Positions 25,291-39,695 are shown, numbered from the stretch's first letter. The stretch: DNA of 64,000 nucleotides from Eledone cirrhosa (GCA_964016885.1 OZ024749.1:35898001-35962000); one strand, 5' to 3'. A program made the numbers and translations. The notes: generated from the letters alone by a model not told the origin.

Positions 25291-28200
25291 TAAACACCTT
25301 GAAATAAAAAGTTTCATATCCTAGAACCAGGTTAGTTTGCTTTTAAAAGGTGAATATTTTAGGAAAAGAGGCAAGAGTTAGGAGCACCAATTATAATAAA
25401 GCCCTTGCTAACATGATAAACTGAAATTCTAATTATCTGTAGTATGTGGCCTCGTGGTTATAGCATTGGACTCCTAATCTTTAGCTCATGGGTTCAATTC
25501 CTGAACCAGGAGGCACATTATGTTCTTGTGCAATACACTTTATTTCACATTGCTTTTCATGATAGGGCTGGGACCCCTAGCATTAAAACACCTAAACAAC
25601 ATGATATGACTAGGGCCCCCAATCATTAAAACACCCAAGAAATCTTCTATGCGATACAACCTGGTTGGAGACCAACTAAACGTACATAGCGGTGTGAAGT
25701 GTAAATTTGATTAACTGAGAAGCCTTTAGTTTTGAAATTAACATGCAAGTGGCTGAGACTTTCACAGACACGTGCATCCTTAACATAGTTTTCAGGGAAA
25801 TTCAACATGACATTGTGTGACAAGGCTGGTTCTTTAAATTATAGGTACAACTCATTTATGCCAACTGAGTGAACTTGAGCAATATGAAATGAAATGTCCT
25901 GCTCAAAGATACAAAACACAGTTAGAAACAAACTCACAACCATGAACTGAATTCTGTAACCACTAAGACAGTTACTTTCACTTAGTTACCTCTAAGTTTC
26001 TAATAAAGATAAATGAAACCCCTTTCATGACTGTATACCTAATGAAATGCACTCTATTTCAATTAAGTACTGATTAATTTTGAGATATTTACTAAACTTC
26101 ATAATTAATTCATTAGTAAGATAGTAACTTAACATATGGTTCTGATATAAAATTATGTTGGAAGATTTTAATTTAAATAGGAACCTTTAAGATAGGGGAG
26201 GTTGTTTCATAGAATCAATGTCGGTTTTGGCCAGGTTGGTATTAAAAGGGTTAAGTATGTTAAACTAGAATTCCAGTTATAGTTAACTTAGTAATATAGA
26301 TTAGTTACTACTACAGGTTACTTTAGTGTCAACAGTTGCAGCTCTCTTGGTGCAGATAGCTATAGTTCTCTTTGTGTAGCTGTTGCAGTTCTGTTTGTGC
26401 AGACAATTGCAGTTCTGCTTGTGCAGACAACTACAGCTCTCATTTCTTTCTCTGTCTCTCTTCCCCTTTCTCTCTCTTTCTCTCTCTATCTCTTGCTGCC
26501 TTCTTCTGTACAGTTAGTCATTTCTCTCCCACTCTCCCTTTCATTCTTTCTCTCTCTCCAGTTAGCTGCACCATCAATGTGCAAAGGTCTACAATTTTTT
26601 GCAGACAGCTGCAATCTTTCCTGCTAAGTCAGCTACAACCTCTCTTTCTCTCTCTCTCCAAACATCGGATGTCCTTCCTGTACAAACAATTGCAACCTTA
26701 ACCCTTCTTAATATTAGAATTTGTATAAAATCTTCGAGATAACTCTGTTTACTTGAGGTTGTGAATATGGATTTATTTAAAGATGTAGCTATATATTTGA
26801 AATATTTAGTGTTGCTGGAGCATATACATTGGAGTTATATCTAAAAATATTCTGAAAGTCATGTAACTAACTACAGAGTGATTGACAGTGAGATTTTTGC
26901 TTCTAATAATTAAATTAATTACAGCATGGAAGAATCATTTTAACCATTTAAAAACACATAAAAATTTGATATCATTATTTTATATCTTGTCAAAATTTTG
27001 ATCACACTACTTGCAACCTGGTCAGATTAGACACAGTTCCACCACAACTAACTTGAAATTTAGAAACTGGTAAAATGTTATTGAATTCAGAGATTTAACT
27101 TTTTTTGTCTTTGTTAGTTATGAGGTGGGAGTAAAAACTGACTATTTACTTAATTTCCAGCCAATTGCAGTGGAACTGTATCACTGACCAGGTCACAGGT
27201 AGTGCAATGTAAATTTTGACACCAAGAAATAATTGATAAATATAAAGTGAAATCATACAGTTTTTCTGTGAGTGTCTGTGAAGGACATGGGCTCTGTCCC
27301 TTTCTCTAGCCAGTGTGTGTGTGTCTGGGGGGGGGGTCTATGAAGGCTATGGGATCTGTCTCTTCCTGTTGCCAATCTGGAGAGATCTGTGAAGACCATG
27401 GGCCTTGTTCCTCTCTTCATACCACCACTGCCATCAGCATCATCATCAGGCTGACCACTCCCATGTCTACATTCCATTTGGCATAGATTTGATTTCATGG
27501 TAGGATGCTCTCTTTAATACCAACCACTTGACCCAATTTTTTTGTTTGACAAAATTTTACACTATGTTAAAATAAAGTCAGGGATGGTCACAACTAGAAT
27601 GTCTTTCTATGTAGCTCTGATCCATGACTAATCAACAACAATGATAACAATAATGTTACTTCTATTTCTATACCAGTTTTGATAAATAAAATTGTGCTTT
27701 TAGTAACAGAATATTTCAAAGTGGCAATTCATAATAAGGATTAATGACCAGGTGCAGTGATCAATATGGGATTATGGGCTATTGATTGACAGAAAGATAA
27801 TTAAATAGAGTGGGTGATTGATTACTAAATGGGTGGGGGGAAAGAGAAAGAGAGAGTGTGTGATAAGTTTTTTCATAAATAGTTTGACAATATAATATAA
27901 ATAAATGAACTCTTAGAAACCTTTTATTCAGATATAGGATATCTATAACTACATTATCTAATGTATGCGCCTTTTCTTTTATAAGATGGTAATGTGATTC
28001 AAGGGAGATTTTGCTGTTAACTCTAGCAGGTTGAGTAACTACATAGAGGCTCCTTCATTACTTGTGGTACAACTTGTTGGTAGTGCTTATATATATATAT
28101 ATAATTACATAATAAACGACACAATATAATTATTTCATTACTGAAGGTTTCAAAAAAATTAGATGATTCTTGCGAGGAACATCCAGTTCATTCATCATAG

Positions 28201-28404
28201 TTCAAGATGTACATAGAGATACAATAACACAAAGTCTTATTAGTTTTACACTTGTTGTAAAAGGAAAATAAATGATTCAAGGTTTGAAATGTTAGTCCTT
28301 AATCAGGAAAGAGCAAAGAAAAAGTTGGAAGCTTCGAAAAAAAAAAGGTTTTATCAGTATGGGTGAGGTGGGCAGGAAAGTGTGTATGTATGTATGTGTG
28401 TGTG

Positions 28405-28450
<46 letters not shown>

Positions 28451-28611
28451 TTAATGCCAGTTACTACAGCAGTGCCATACCAGGGACATATGTTTTGTTG
28501 AGCCGGAGGGCCCACTTAGTCAACTTTTCTCTGTCCCAGGTATGGTGCCTGTGTAGTAACTGACATTAATAATTATATTAAAACTCATCTTATGGACTTG
28601 AGGTGCTCTAT

Positions 28612-28675
<64 letters not shown>

Positions 28676-28688
28676 ACATATACATATG

Positions 28689-28972
28689 GTGGAGGCATGT
28701 GGCTTAGTGGTAAGAGTGTTGGACTTCCGATCATAATGTCGTGGGTTCGATTCCTGGGTTGCGTGTTGTGTTCTTGAGCAAAACACTTTATTTCACGTTG
28801 CTCCAGTATAGTCAGCGGAAAATGATTACCAGCAATAGCTGGAGGTTTAACCCTGCGATGGACTGGCGTCCTGTCCAGGAGGGAGTCTTGTACTCTCAGT
28901 CGCTTCACGCCATGAAACCGGAATAAGCACCGGCCAAATGAGCCTTCTGGCTTAAGACAGACTTTAGACTTT
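28689..28972 (+). mobile_element. tRNA-derived SINE with CORE-like segment and a CCCTGCGATGGACTGG domain
   Basis: A-box TGGCTTAGTGG, B-box GGTTCGATTCC, TTCTTGAGCAAAACACTT, then AACCCTGCGATGGACTGGCGTCCTGTCCAGG and an (AGACTTT)n tail. Confidence 0.8.
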
Positions 28973-28974
28973 AG

Positions 28975-29005
<31 letters not shown>

Positions 29006-29027
29006 TATGTGTGTATATATATATATA

Positions 29028-29105
29028 TTGGGTCGTCAAGTATGAAATTTGTGGAAACATTAACAAACTTTGTTTTTTTTACAAATTTCATACTTGACAG
29101 CCGAA
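29028..29105. mobile_element. 78-bp Tc1/mariner-like MITE
   Basis: 25-bp TIRs ttgggtcgtcaagtatgaaatttgt / acaaatttcatacttgacagccgaa (3 mismatches), flanked by TA. Confidence 0.7.
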
Positions 29106-29717
29106 TATATGTCATTATGTCCACTTTTTCATTCTGGTGTTGGTTAGATGAGTGTTTTTTTTTTTTAAAGCAGTGATTTATGGCCAGATTCCTTTCCTGA
29201 CACCAGTCCTTTTAGTTGCATCTTATGACATGCAAGAATATAGTGGACATGTTCTAAAAATGGGGATATGCACCAATATATATTGATTTTATATATATAT
29301 TATATATATTTGATTGCAATATGGATAGGTATTTCCGATATGTCTATAATATAACTGCTGTTGTTTTTTGTTGTTGTAAATGTACTTAGTCATAAAGGTG
29401 AATTTTTTTGGACTGATGTTTTTAAACATCATATATTTCTGTTTTGGGATTTGTATATGTATGTACACAGATGCATACACAAACATCACACACTACATAT
29501 ATATATATATATACACACACAAGCAAATATAATCACTTTTCCATGCATAACCCCCCCATACAAACACACACACACCTACATGTACATATATATTTCTGTG
29601 CAAAAAACATTCTAATACATACAAGCTCATGTTTCTATATAGTCACAGAAATTACGCAAACATATATATATATATATACTAAAGCAAAGACACATACTAC
29701 ACACACACAGATGTGTG

Positions 29718-29754
<37 letters not shown>

Positions 29755-29894
29755 ATATGTATATATATATATAGCGCCATCAGTTTCTGGCTGAATGGTC
29801 TGCAACATTAAATGGCAGTTCCCATATTTAGCCAACAATACCAGAAACATGTACCAAATATAGAGACATGGATATGTGTGTAGGTATGTATGTG

Positions 29895-29937
<43 letters not shown>

Positions 29938-30067
29938 ATATATATATATAATATATATGTAATATATATATGCCATTTCTCCTCATTGATTTCTACCACC
30001 TCTCCTACCTCACCATTGTTCTGTTACCTTTATAATAACCATTCTTTCTCTCAGTAATCTTCTTTAT

Positions 30068-30112
<45 letters not shown>

Positions 30113-31566
30113 ATGGAATATTCCAGATATTTCACCTGTTCTTGTTGATTCTTCTTATTCCTATTCTCAACAATTCCACCTTCCATTTTCTTTCTATATT
30201 TCATGTTATTTGCTCTTTCAATTATTTTTGCCTAGATTTATTATTGGCAGAATCAGTAGAGCATCAGACAGAATGATCTATGGTAATTAGATATATGTAG
30301 TTCAAAGGTCATCTTTGCCTGATGTCCTTCCGAAAGTCAAGTACTGGAGTTGATATTATCAGCTGCTCCACCCCACACCCTAGTTGCTAAACTTCTGCCT
30401 AGATTAGAAACCATTGGATTGGTAGTATCAGTAGTGTCCGGCACTATGCTTTGCAGCATAGAGTTATGGCCCTCTACATTCTAAGTTCAAATCCCGGTGA
30501 GGTTAACTTTGCCTTTCATCCTTACAGGGTCGATAAAATAAAGTACCAGTAATGCACTGGTGTTGTTTTATTCAACTTTTCCCTTCCCTACAAATTGCCG
30601 GCCTTGTGCTAAACGTAGAAACAATTATTATTGTTATTATTAATTTCTTTTTTCGGTAGATTGGTAGAAATATTTTATTTGAGATGATGCCATCATTCTC
30701 TATAATTTATGAAATCTGTCATAACTTTTGACAACATGGGTACACTATTTTCCTTATATATAATTATATGTATATATTCCTACAGACTATGTGCAGGCTT
30801 CTACATAACCTGGACACATTTTTCCCAACTTGTAGAAAACTTATAATGAAACAATTGTTTGGAAAGGGAGATGTATTTTAATTATGTCTCATATAAAATA
30901 ATACAACTGACTATCCACAAAATACATATAGTTAGCACCCCAAACGTAAAAATGGGATTATACTAAGGTATATCCTAATGTTTGTTGAGTGAGATGGAAG
31001 CCAGTCAGAGTATAGCTTAAAGCTTTCTCTGTTAATGTATTAAATATATATATATATATAGTAATAATAATAAAATTGAAGACTAAAATCCAAAGAGGGC
31101 TCGATAAGGAAAATATATATCAAATAGATTCATTTGGTCTCCTAGTTAGAATTTTAGTCTACAACTTCTGCTATACCATTTACGTGGTTTTGTCTTTGCG
31201 TGCTATTGTTCTCCACGCTCCACATATGACTTATTATCTTCGTTTTTTCGTTCATTGCCAGAGAACGTCTCTATGCACCACCTAAGAGAACATTAGTCTA
31301 CGACCTCTTTTATACCATAAACGTGGTTCTGTCTTTGCGCGTAATTGTTTTTCACAGCTCCTATTAATGACGTATTATTCGTTTTTTCCCGTTCTTAGCC
31401 AGCGAACGTTTCCACGAACCAAAGTATCGTCTTCCTGTCTTCCTCCGGTTGCAATGTTTTTTGAAATATCCAGTTCTGCGTTTACAGATTGACTTTGTTA
31501 GTTTCAGAAGATCCCGTTAAGGGTGAAAGCAGCGATTCTTTGCTTAAACTTTAATCTGTTATTTTA

Positions 31567-31627
<61 letters not shown>

Positions 31628-32010
31628 AAAACCTACTACAGTCAGTAGGCATCTCTAACAAAATACACCCCCGTCCCACCACCCCCACCCCATCCACACC
31701 GCCCCCTTCTATGTAAAGTTATGTTGGTGCCACACCATCCAGGCCGAAACAAATGAGATCGTGTAGGTGTCACGACAAAAAAACACACAGTCCACGCTGT
31801 AATGTGGCCGTGTAGGCAACACGGTAAAAACCTCCCAGACCCACACTGTAAATGTGGTTGGTGTTAGGAAGGGCATCCAACTGTAGAAAACCTGCCAGAC
31901 AGTCCTATGCGAGCAAGACAATCACTCTTGCCTCAAGTGGGAAAACCCCCTCCAAACCCATGCAAGCGTGGAACACGGACGTTAAACGTTGATGATGATG
32001 ATGATGATGA
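31628..32010 (+). mobile_element. RTE LINE 3' UTR fragment
   Basis: Matches 23520-23890 and ends in (GAT)n. Another copy at 41888-42375. Confidence 0.85.
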
Positions 32011-32455
32011 TATATATATAATATATATATGTATAATAAAATAGATATGGTTTTATAAATATAAATATATATATATATATGGGGAGAGAGAGAGAGACGC
32101 ACATAAGGACAATATACTTTATTGAATTGAGTTGAAATCACTGTGAACTAATGTTTGAATTAAATACCATATTCCACATTGGCTTCTGGAATATTCTTAA
32201 CCAAATAATTTCATTATCAAGAATATTGGTTACTTGACTATTGTGTTAATGTTGGTGCCATCATGTTGTTATTGTTGTCATTAGCTCTGTGTGCCTTGGG
32301 TGTTGTTGTTTCTATTGCATTGAAATTAACTCTACATGATATATGTGTGCAGTTTCTAGTAGCATGATAGTCTCTATGTTCTTTATATGTTCTTCATATT
32401 ATAAGGTAAGTCCTTGGCTTTGGTTACTTGTCTGTCTGTGATAATTATTATTATT

Positions 32456-32491
<36 letters not shown>

Positions 32492-33989
32492 ATGCTGCCA
32501 AAGTTAGCTTTGCCTTTCATCCTTACAAAGTCAATAAAATAAAGTACCAGTAATACACTGGAATTGATTTAATTGACTTCCTCCTCCCCTTCAAATTGCT
32601 GGCCTTGTGCCTAAAGTAGAAACTATTATTATTATTATTATTATCATGGCAGTATCGGTAGAGAGTCGGACGCCATGCTTTGCAGCATAGTTACGTCCCT
32701 TTACGATCTGAGTTCAAATCCCGCCGAGGTTAACTTTGCCTTTCATCCTTACGGGGTCAATAAAATAAAGTACCAGTAATGTACTGGCCTTGTGCCGCCA
32801 AAAGTAGAAACAATTACTATTATCATTATTATCAGCTATCTTAAAGACATTAGAACCTCCCTAGTGCTGGTACCACAGTAAAATGTAATTGCTGGAATGC
32901 AGGAATATATGTAGGCAAGATGAGGGCCCCTGGTCCATCTGAGAGTGTGTCATGCTAAAACACACCTGGTGCACTCGGTAGAATGTAGTAATGTATATAA
33001 AACAACAAGCCAACTTGCAGATTGTTTGAGAAGTCAGCAGTTCTGCTTAAGAAATTATTTGGTCTGTGACAACCTGTCCATGCCTTGCTAGGAAAGGAAT
33101 AGATGGTGAGGACAATGATAGTGATTGGTGATGATGATGTTGATGTTGATTGCAATGGGGGTGGTGTTGGTGTTGGTGATGGTGGTGATGATAATTATGG
33201 TAGTGGTGGGGGTAATGATAATGATGATGGTGGTGGTGGTGGTGGTGGTGGTAATGGTGATGATTATGGCCGTGGTTGTGATGATGAAGATGATGGTGAT
33301 GACTGTTGTTGTTATTACTGTCTTTAGCTGTTTTGTTCTTGCTTATTTATTTCAAGTGTTACAGAAATGTCAGGAATATGTAATTTCATTTCCTTTCTAT
33401 TGTTTCCTTTGTTCCAATTCCTCAATGGTTGTAAACCATAAACTATTCACCAATTTCATCAATAACAGGGAGTAAAAGCTAGAATTGTTATTATCATTAT
33501 TATTGTTATTGTTGTTCCATCTTCTACTTGTGTGAAATTGGTTAGAAATATAACCTTCCTTCTAATCAGCACTTGTAGCCAAGTTTCTCGACCAGTTAAC
33601 TTCTATATTACCATGTTAGTTGAAAGATGTGAAGAATTTAACAAGATTTACTATTATGGAACTTATTCTAGTTAAGCAGTGGTGTTGGTAGTGACAGTGG
33701 TCTGAAGTGGGATTGTCCTTGATATCTTTAGTGCGCTTCCCTTAATCCTTAATGAACCACAAAGGGGGTTGATTATATGATTATATATGGGGTTAGTTAT
33801 CCTTTAACATGAAGAATTGTATGTTTGTGTCCATCACTCTTAATGTCTTGTACTGCATGAAACCAAATTAAGATAATATTCTTGAAAAATACAAAACAGC
33901 ACCACATGAAAAATAATTGCATCACTTGAGGAATTAAAGTCTTTACTGGAATATTGAAAATGTTCGCAATGATCTGTCTACTTGTAAGA

Positions 33990-34278
33990 AAAGGAAAGGA
34001 TCGTAAGATCAAACCAAAGAGACAATATTTCTATTGATCTTTCCATTGCTAATACTATCTGCAAGTCACAACTCCTGGTAAAAGAAAGGAGCTAATTGTC
34101 AGATCAAACCAAGGAGACAATGTTTCTATTGTCTTTCTATTGATAATACCACCTGCTGTTCATAGCTCCTAGCAAAAGAAAGGAGCTAATTGTCAGATCA
34201 AACCAAGAAGACAATGTTTCTATTGGTCTTTCCATTGCTGATACCATCTGCTGGTCATAGTTCCTGGCAAAAGGAGCA
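33990..34278. repeat. Tandem repeat, about 94-95 bp x3
   Basis: agatcaaacca recurs at 34006, 34101 and 34195 with conserved intervening sequence. Confidence 0.85.
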
Positions 34279-35614
34279 ACATAAAAAAAGCAAAACATTA
34301 TTTTGTTCAAGAACACAACTACTCAGTCTAGGAATTGAACTGACAACCTTATGATCATGAGTTCAAGGCTCTAACCACTAAGCCACACTATAAATATTTG
34401 AATTAACAAACCTCATTAACAAAATATTCTTGAAAAGTACAAAACAGCACTGATTGCATCACATTAAATATTGACATCTTTACTATAATACTACAAATTT
34501 TCACAATGATATGTCTACTAGTAAAGATTTTATAAATATTTGAATTAACAAACCTATATTTAGATATTTTCTGCTAAATCATTACAGGATGTTAAGAGTT
34601 AACAAGGCTCTGCTACATCTCCCATCTATCTGACATAAAACAGTTCAAATATTTTGGATTTGGTTTTCCGGGTGATGTAACAGACTTCTTCACTGACACC
34701 AGTTATTGGAATAGGTACAGTGTATCTCTGCATGTCATAAGGGATATCTAAAAAGGTTGGCCTCAGGAAGGGTTTATGGCTATAGAACTCTGCCTTAAAA
34801 TGTCAAAGCTAACCTATGTCAGAATGGAAGAGGGAACATAACAATGATGATGTATGCATATTTGTGTCAGTGTTCACCCTGGTGGTGGTGATGATAGAGT
34901 TTGGTTGTAGTACTGGTGCTGGTCTTAGTAGTGGTGTTGGTCTTAGTAGTGGTGTTGTTGTTGGTGCTGATGCTAGTAGAAGTGGTGGTAGTGGTTGTGA
35001 TGGTTGTGTATGTTGTTGGTGGTAGTGTTGATGGTGACAGTTGCGTTAGTGTTGATAATAGTGGTGGTGGTGGTTTTAAAACTATTGAACAGTAGTAACA
35101 GCAAAATAATAATTGCTCATTATGTTTTCAGTTTGTCCAACAGTTGGTGGGGAGCAGGTACAGTAATCAGCAAACCAGTAAACTTGGAGGGGGTGTGGGG
35201 ACTGCTGGAGGCAGTAATTGAGAGGGGGGAAAAGTTATCAACACAGTTTTACCCTGAAGGAATGGAAATCAGAAAACAAAGCGTGGAATTATTTTTTAAA
35301 GAAAAATTTGAAATGAGATGAGATGAGGCGAAACCTAGTTTTAAGGTGATTAGAAGTAGGTGTTAGTAGTAGTAGCTGTTGTTGTTATTGCGTTCATTTG
35401 GTTCATTAAGATATTGTTACTAGTAGCAGCATCATTCATTAGCATGATCACCATCATCCATCATCACCATCATCACCATCAATCATTCACATTATCACTA
35501 ACATTATCATCTTTAGTATCATCAACATCATCACCACAATCATCCTCACTAGCATCACCATCATCATTATTGTCATTAGCACCATCGCCATCATCAATTC
35601 CTCCATCTTCACCG

Positions 35615-35645
<31 letters not shown>

Positions 35646-35913
35646 CATCAATTCCAGTTGCTTTACATTTCACTCTCACTTTCTTCGTTTTGATAATAAT
35701 TAATGTAACTTCAACCAATGATTATCAAACTGCCACCACAATGAAGATGTGTAGGACTCACAATCATAAGGTCATGTGCTTGATTCCAGAACTGGGCAGA
35801 ATGTTGTGTTCTTGACCAAAACACTTTATTTCACATTGCTCTAGTTCACTCAACTGGTGTTAACTCTTGTAATGTACTTGAATTCAGTCTTTCAGTCTAG
35901 GAGAGAGTCTTTT

Positions 35914-36520
35914 CATGATAGGACTGGGACCCCTATCATTAAAACTCCTGAGAAACCTTCTATGTGATGAAACCTTTTAAAAAAGCCAGCTAAACCTTCA
36001 TAAGTGTAACCACAACATGATAGGGATGGAGCCCCTATCATTAAAACTCCTGAGAAACCTGTGAGATGTAACCTTGTAAAAAGCCAGCTAAACTTTCATA
36101 GGTGAAACCACAGCATGATAGGACTAGGCCCCCTATCAGTAAAACTCCCAAGAAACTTCCTATGAGATGTAACCTTGTAGGAGGCCAGCTAAACCTACAT
36201 AGGTGGAGCTGTAACAACAACATATAACTGTTGCCTCTATCATTAAAAGACACAAAAAATTTAGTGTGAAATACAACCTCATTAGACACCAGCTAAACTT
36301 ACATAGGTGTAAGCTATAACAACCCTGGGGTTTCTATCATTAAAACACATGAGAAACCTCCTATGAGATACAGCCTAGTTGGATGCCTACTAAGCCTAGT
36401 TGGATGCCTAACAAGTACATGATAGGATTGGGACCTCTATACTTAAAACACACAAGAAACTTCATATGAGATACAACCTTGTAGGAGGCTAGCTAAACCT
36501 ATATAGGTATGAGCTGTAAC
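35914..36520. repeat. Degenerate tandem repeat, about 100 bp x6
   Basis: Recurring catgataggactgggacccctatcattaaaac...gaaac...agctaaacct. Dispersed relatives at about 25558-25690, 41570-41750 (inverted) and 52845-52900. Confidence 0.75.
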
Positions 36521-37539
36521 AACAACAACACCTTATACATTTTTAGACATTTCTTGTTAAATTATTAGAAGATGTTAAGAGTTAAAATAAACAGCTTTGT
36601 ATGATAGAAGCAGGGTCAGTTTGAGACAGGTTGATAGATAAGTAAGTGGAATGGACAGCTAGTTATTTTACATTAGTGCCAGAAACTGATGGACATGAAA
36701 GGGTAAAATTTTAGCAATTAATAGTAATGACCAATGTAAAATACTAATGTACTAGTGTCTTTGTTAGTATATCTCTTGTTTCTTTCAGTTATATAAAGAC
36801 GAAACTGTCTTCTTTTGGTTTTATTGGCGATAGTAATGATGATGATGTTGCTGTTGTTGTTAGTGATAATGATGATGGTGGTGGTATTGATGATGTTGTT
36901 ATTGTTGGTATTCATAGTGATGTTGCTAGTGGTGGTCGTGGTGGTGGGAGTGATACTATTGATGATGATGATATCATTAGTATTCATGGCAATGTTGTTG
37001 GTGGTGGTGGTCTTGATGGTGAAGATGATTTTAGTGTTGTTGATGTTGATGGTTATGACACTAGTGTTTGTGTTGATGGTGATGATGTTGTTGGTGGTAA
37101 TAGTAGTGAAACTCTTGATGATGATGATGTTAGTATTCATGGCAATGTTATTGTTGGTGGTGGTGTTGATAGTGAAGAAGATAGCTGGTGTTAGTATATA
37201 TGGTGATGATGATGTTGGTGGTAGTAAAGCTGTTGATGATGATCATGGTGTTAGTATTGATGGTGATGTTGTTATTGTTGATATAAAATAATTGGTAATT
37301 GGTGTAAAGTAGAGGAGCCGTGAGTGATATAATTGTGTCGTTAGCAATTCATGTGGACATTCTTACACATATAGACACACACACACATATAGAGAGAGAG
37401 ACACAAAGACTGACATTCTGACACATAGACACACATATACAGAGAAACTCACACACACACACAGATAGAAATACACACTCAGACACCCACACACATAGAG
37501 ACACATAGATACACATATATACAACTAGATACACATATA

Positions 37540-38772
37540 GAACTAGAGAAAAAATTCCAAACTTGGAAGCAGGGACAAGAAAGAAAGGGTCTCAAAGTCA
37601 ACATGACAAAGGTCCTTGTAAGTAGACGAGAAAACAGAACCCAGATCCCCTCAGGGAAATGGCCTTGCTCAGTATGTAGGAAAGGTGTAGGTAGGAACTC
37701 CATTCTCTGCCCCAAATGCAAACAATGGGTACACAAGAGATGTAGCGGGATCTCAGGAAGCTTAATTAAGAATGTAGGCTTTACATGCAGCAGCTGTGCT
37801 GGGACAGCAAGCAGCAAACAGCCACAGGAAACAAGTGCCACCAATCTCTGGGAGGGCTCTGTAGAAACAGTAGACAGCTTCTGCTACCTAGGTGACCGAA
37901 TTAGCAGCGGAGGTGGGTGTTCAGAAAGTACAGTAACTAGGGTAAGAACGGGATGGAAGAAGTTTAGGGAACTACTACCACTGCTATCTGCAAAAGGCTT
38001 CTCCCTCAAAATGAAAGGCAGACTGTATGATGCATGTATCCGAACAGCAATGTTTCATGGTAGTGAGACCTGGGCACTGAAGGTGGAAGACTTACGTAGA
38101 TTAGAAAGAAATGAATCCTGCATGCTCCAATGGATGTGTAATAGTAATATATGCAAACGACAAAACATAAATGAATTGAGAGAGAGACTGAGCATAAGAG
38201 GAATCAAATGCTGTGTGCAGGAGAGGCGGTTGCGTTGGTATGGACATGTGATGCATATGAAGGATGACAGCTGCATAAAAAGGTACAGAGCACTAGAAGT
38301 CAATGGAAACCGCGGAGTGGGGAGACCCAAGAAGACCTGGGATGAGGTGATAAAAGCCGACCTTACCCAATTATACCTCTCAAAGGCGATGACACACGAC
38401 CGTGACCTCTGGCGTCACGCAGTAATACAGAGTACCCGACCTCCCATGGGTACAAGCTGAAGCATATAGACAATATGCCCCCACACCCTCCCACTGCAAG
38501 GTGGTCGTGGAGGTGCCACGGCAAAAAAGCACCCAGCCCACACTGTAAAGTGGATGTGTAGGCGCCACGGAAAAAGCACCCAGCACTCACTGTAAATGAG
38601 GTTGGTGTTAGGAAAGGCATCCAGCTGTAGAAATCAAGCCAAAATCAGTTCCTGTATGAGCAAGGCATGGTCAGCTGACCAGACACTGCCCACAACAGGA
38701 CAACCCGTCTAACCCATGCTAGCATGGAAGAACGGACGTAAAACCGTGATGATGATGATGATGATGATGATG
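37540..38772 (+). mobile_element. 5'-truncated RTE-clade LINE with intact C-terminal ORF and 3' UTR
   Basis: ORF 37603-38460 (285 aa) has FCYLG, MFHGSETWAL, RRLRWYGHV and GRPKKTW. Its 3' UTR is shared with the SINE tails and ends in (GAT)n. Confidence 0.93.
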
Positions 38773-39144
38773 ATATACAGAGAAACTCACATACACACAC
38801 ATAGAAATACACACTCAGACACACATGCATATAGAGACACACACACATAGAAATACACACTCACGCATGGATTCAAACACAGAAACATACTTAGACACCC
38901 TCATGCAAACAAGTTCCCACTCTCACATACACTGTCTCAACTCACACATACACATACAGACACACACATACACACATGCTGATATATATACACACACATA
39001 ACATGCACATACATACACACACTTGTTAATGAAAACATTGAAAGAAGAGCTATTGTGACTGCTGTATTGGAAGCTATTTTGTAAATAAACTTTACTTTAA
39101 ATTGATAGATATCAAATTAAGCGAATGCTAACCTACTTATTGTT

Positions 39145-39362
39145 TTAACCCTTTAATGTTTAAACGGGCCAGAATTCTCTACCCCTCTCTGTTGAAACTG
39201 GCTGTAACTGGTCGCTCAAACTGATGTTAAAGTATTGTTCACAAAATAAATACTTTCAAAATCTCATAGATTTGATATTATGTGCGATAATTATGCGAGG
39301 TAAAGCCTTTACCATGAAAATATAATAGTATATATAGAATAATGTGAATACTAAAGGGTTAA
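39145..39362. mobile_element. TTAA-flanked MITE
   Basis: TTAACCCTTT...TAAAGGGTTAA, same family as 11905-12114. Confidence 0.8.
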
Positions 39363-39485
39363 GTTAAAAATCAACCATAATAATATACCATTTGTGTTTG
39401 AATATTTATACATACACACACACACACAGGTATATATATAATATATGTATGGTTACATTGAAACATGTAGAATTAAAATTATGTT

Positions 39486-39695
39486 TTAACCCTTTAGCAT
39501 TCACATTATTTTATAAATACTATTATATTTTCATGGTAAAGGCTTTACCTCACATAATGTCACATAATATCAAATCTATAAGATTTTGAGAACAATACCT
39601 TAACATCAGTTTGAGCGACCAGTTATGGCCAGTTTCAACAGAAAAAGGTAGAGAATTGTGGCTGGTTTTGGCCGGTTTGAACACTAAAGGGTTAA
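39486..39695. mobile_element. TTAA-flanked MITE, inverted relative to 39145-39362
   Basis: TTAACCCTTTAGCATT...CTAAAGGGTTAA. The internal sequence is the reverse complement of the neighbouring copy. Confidence 0.8.
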
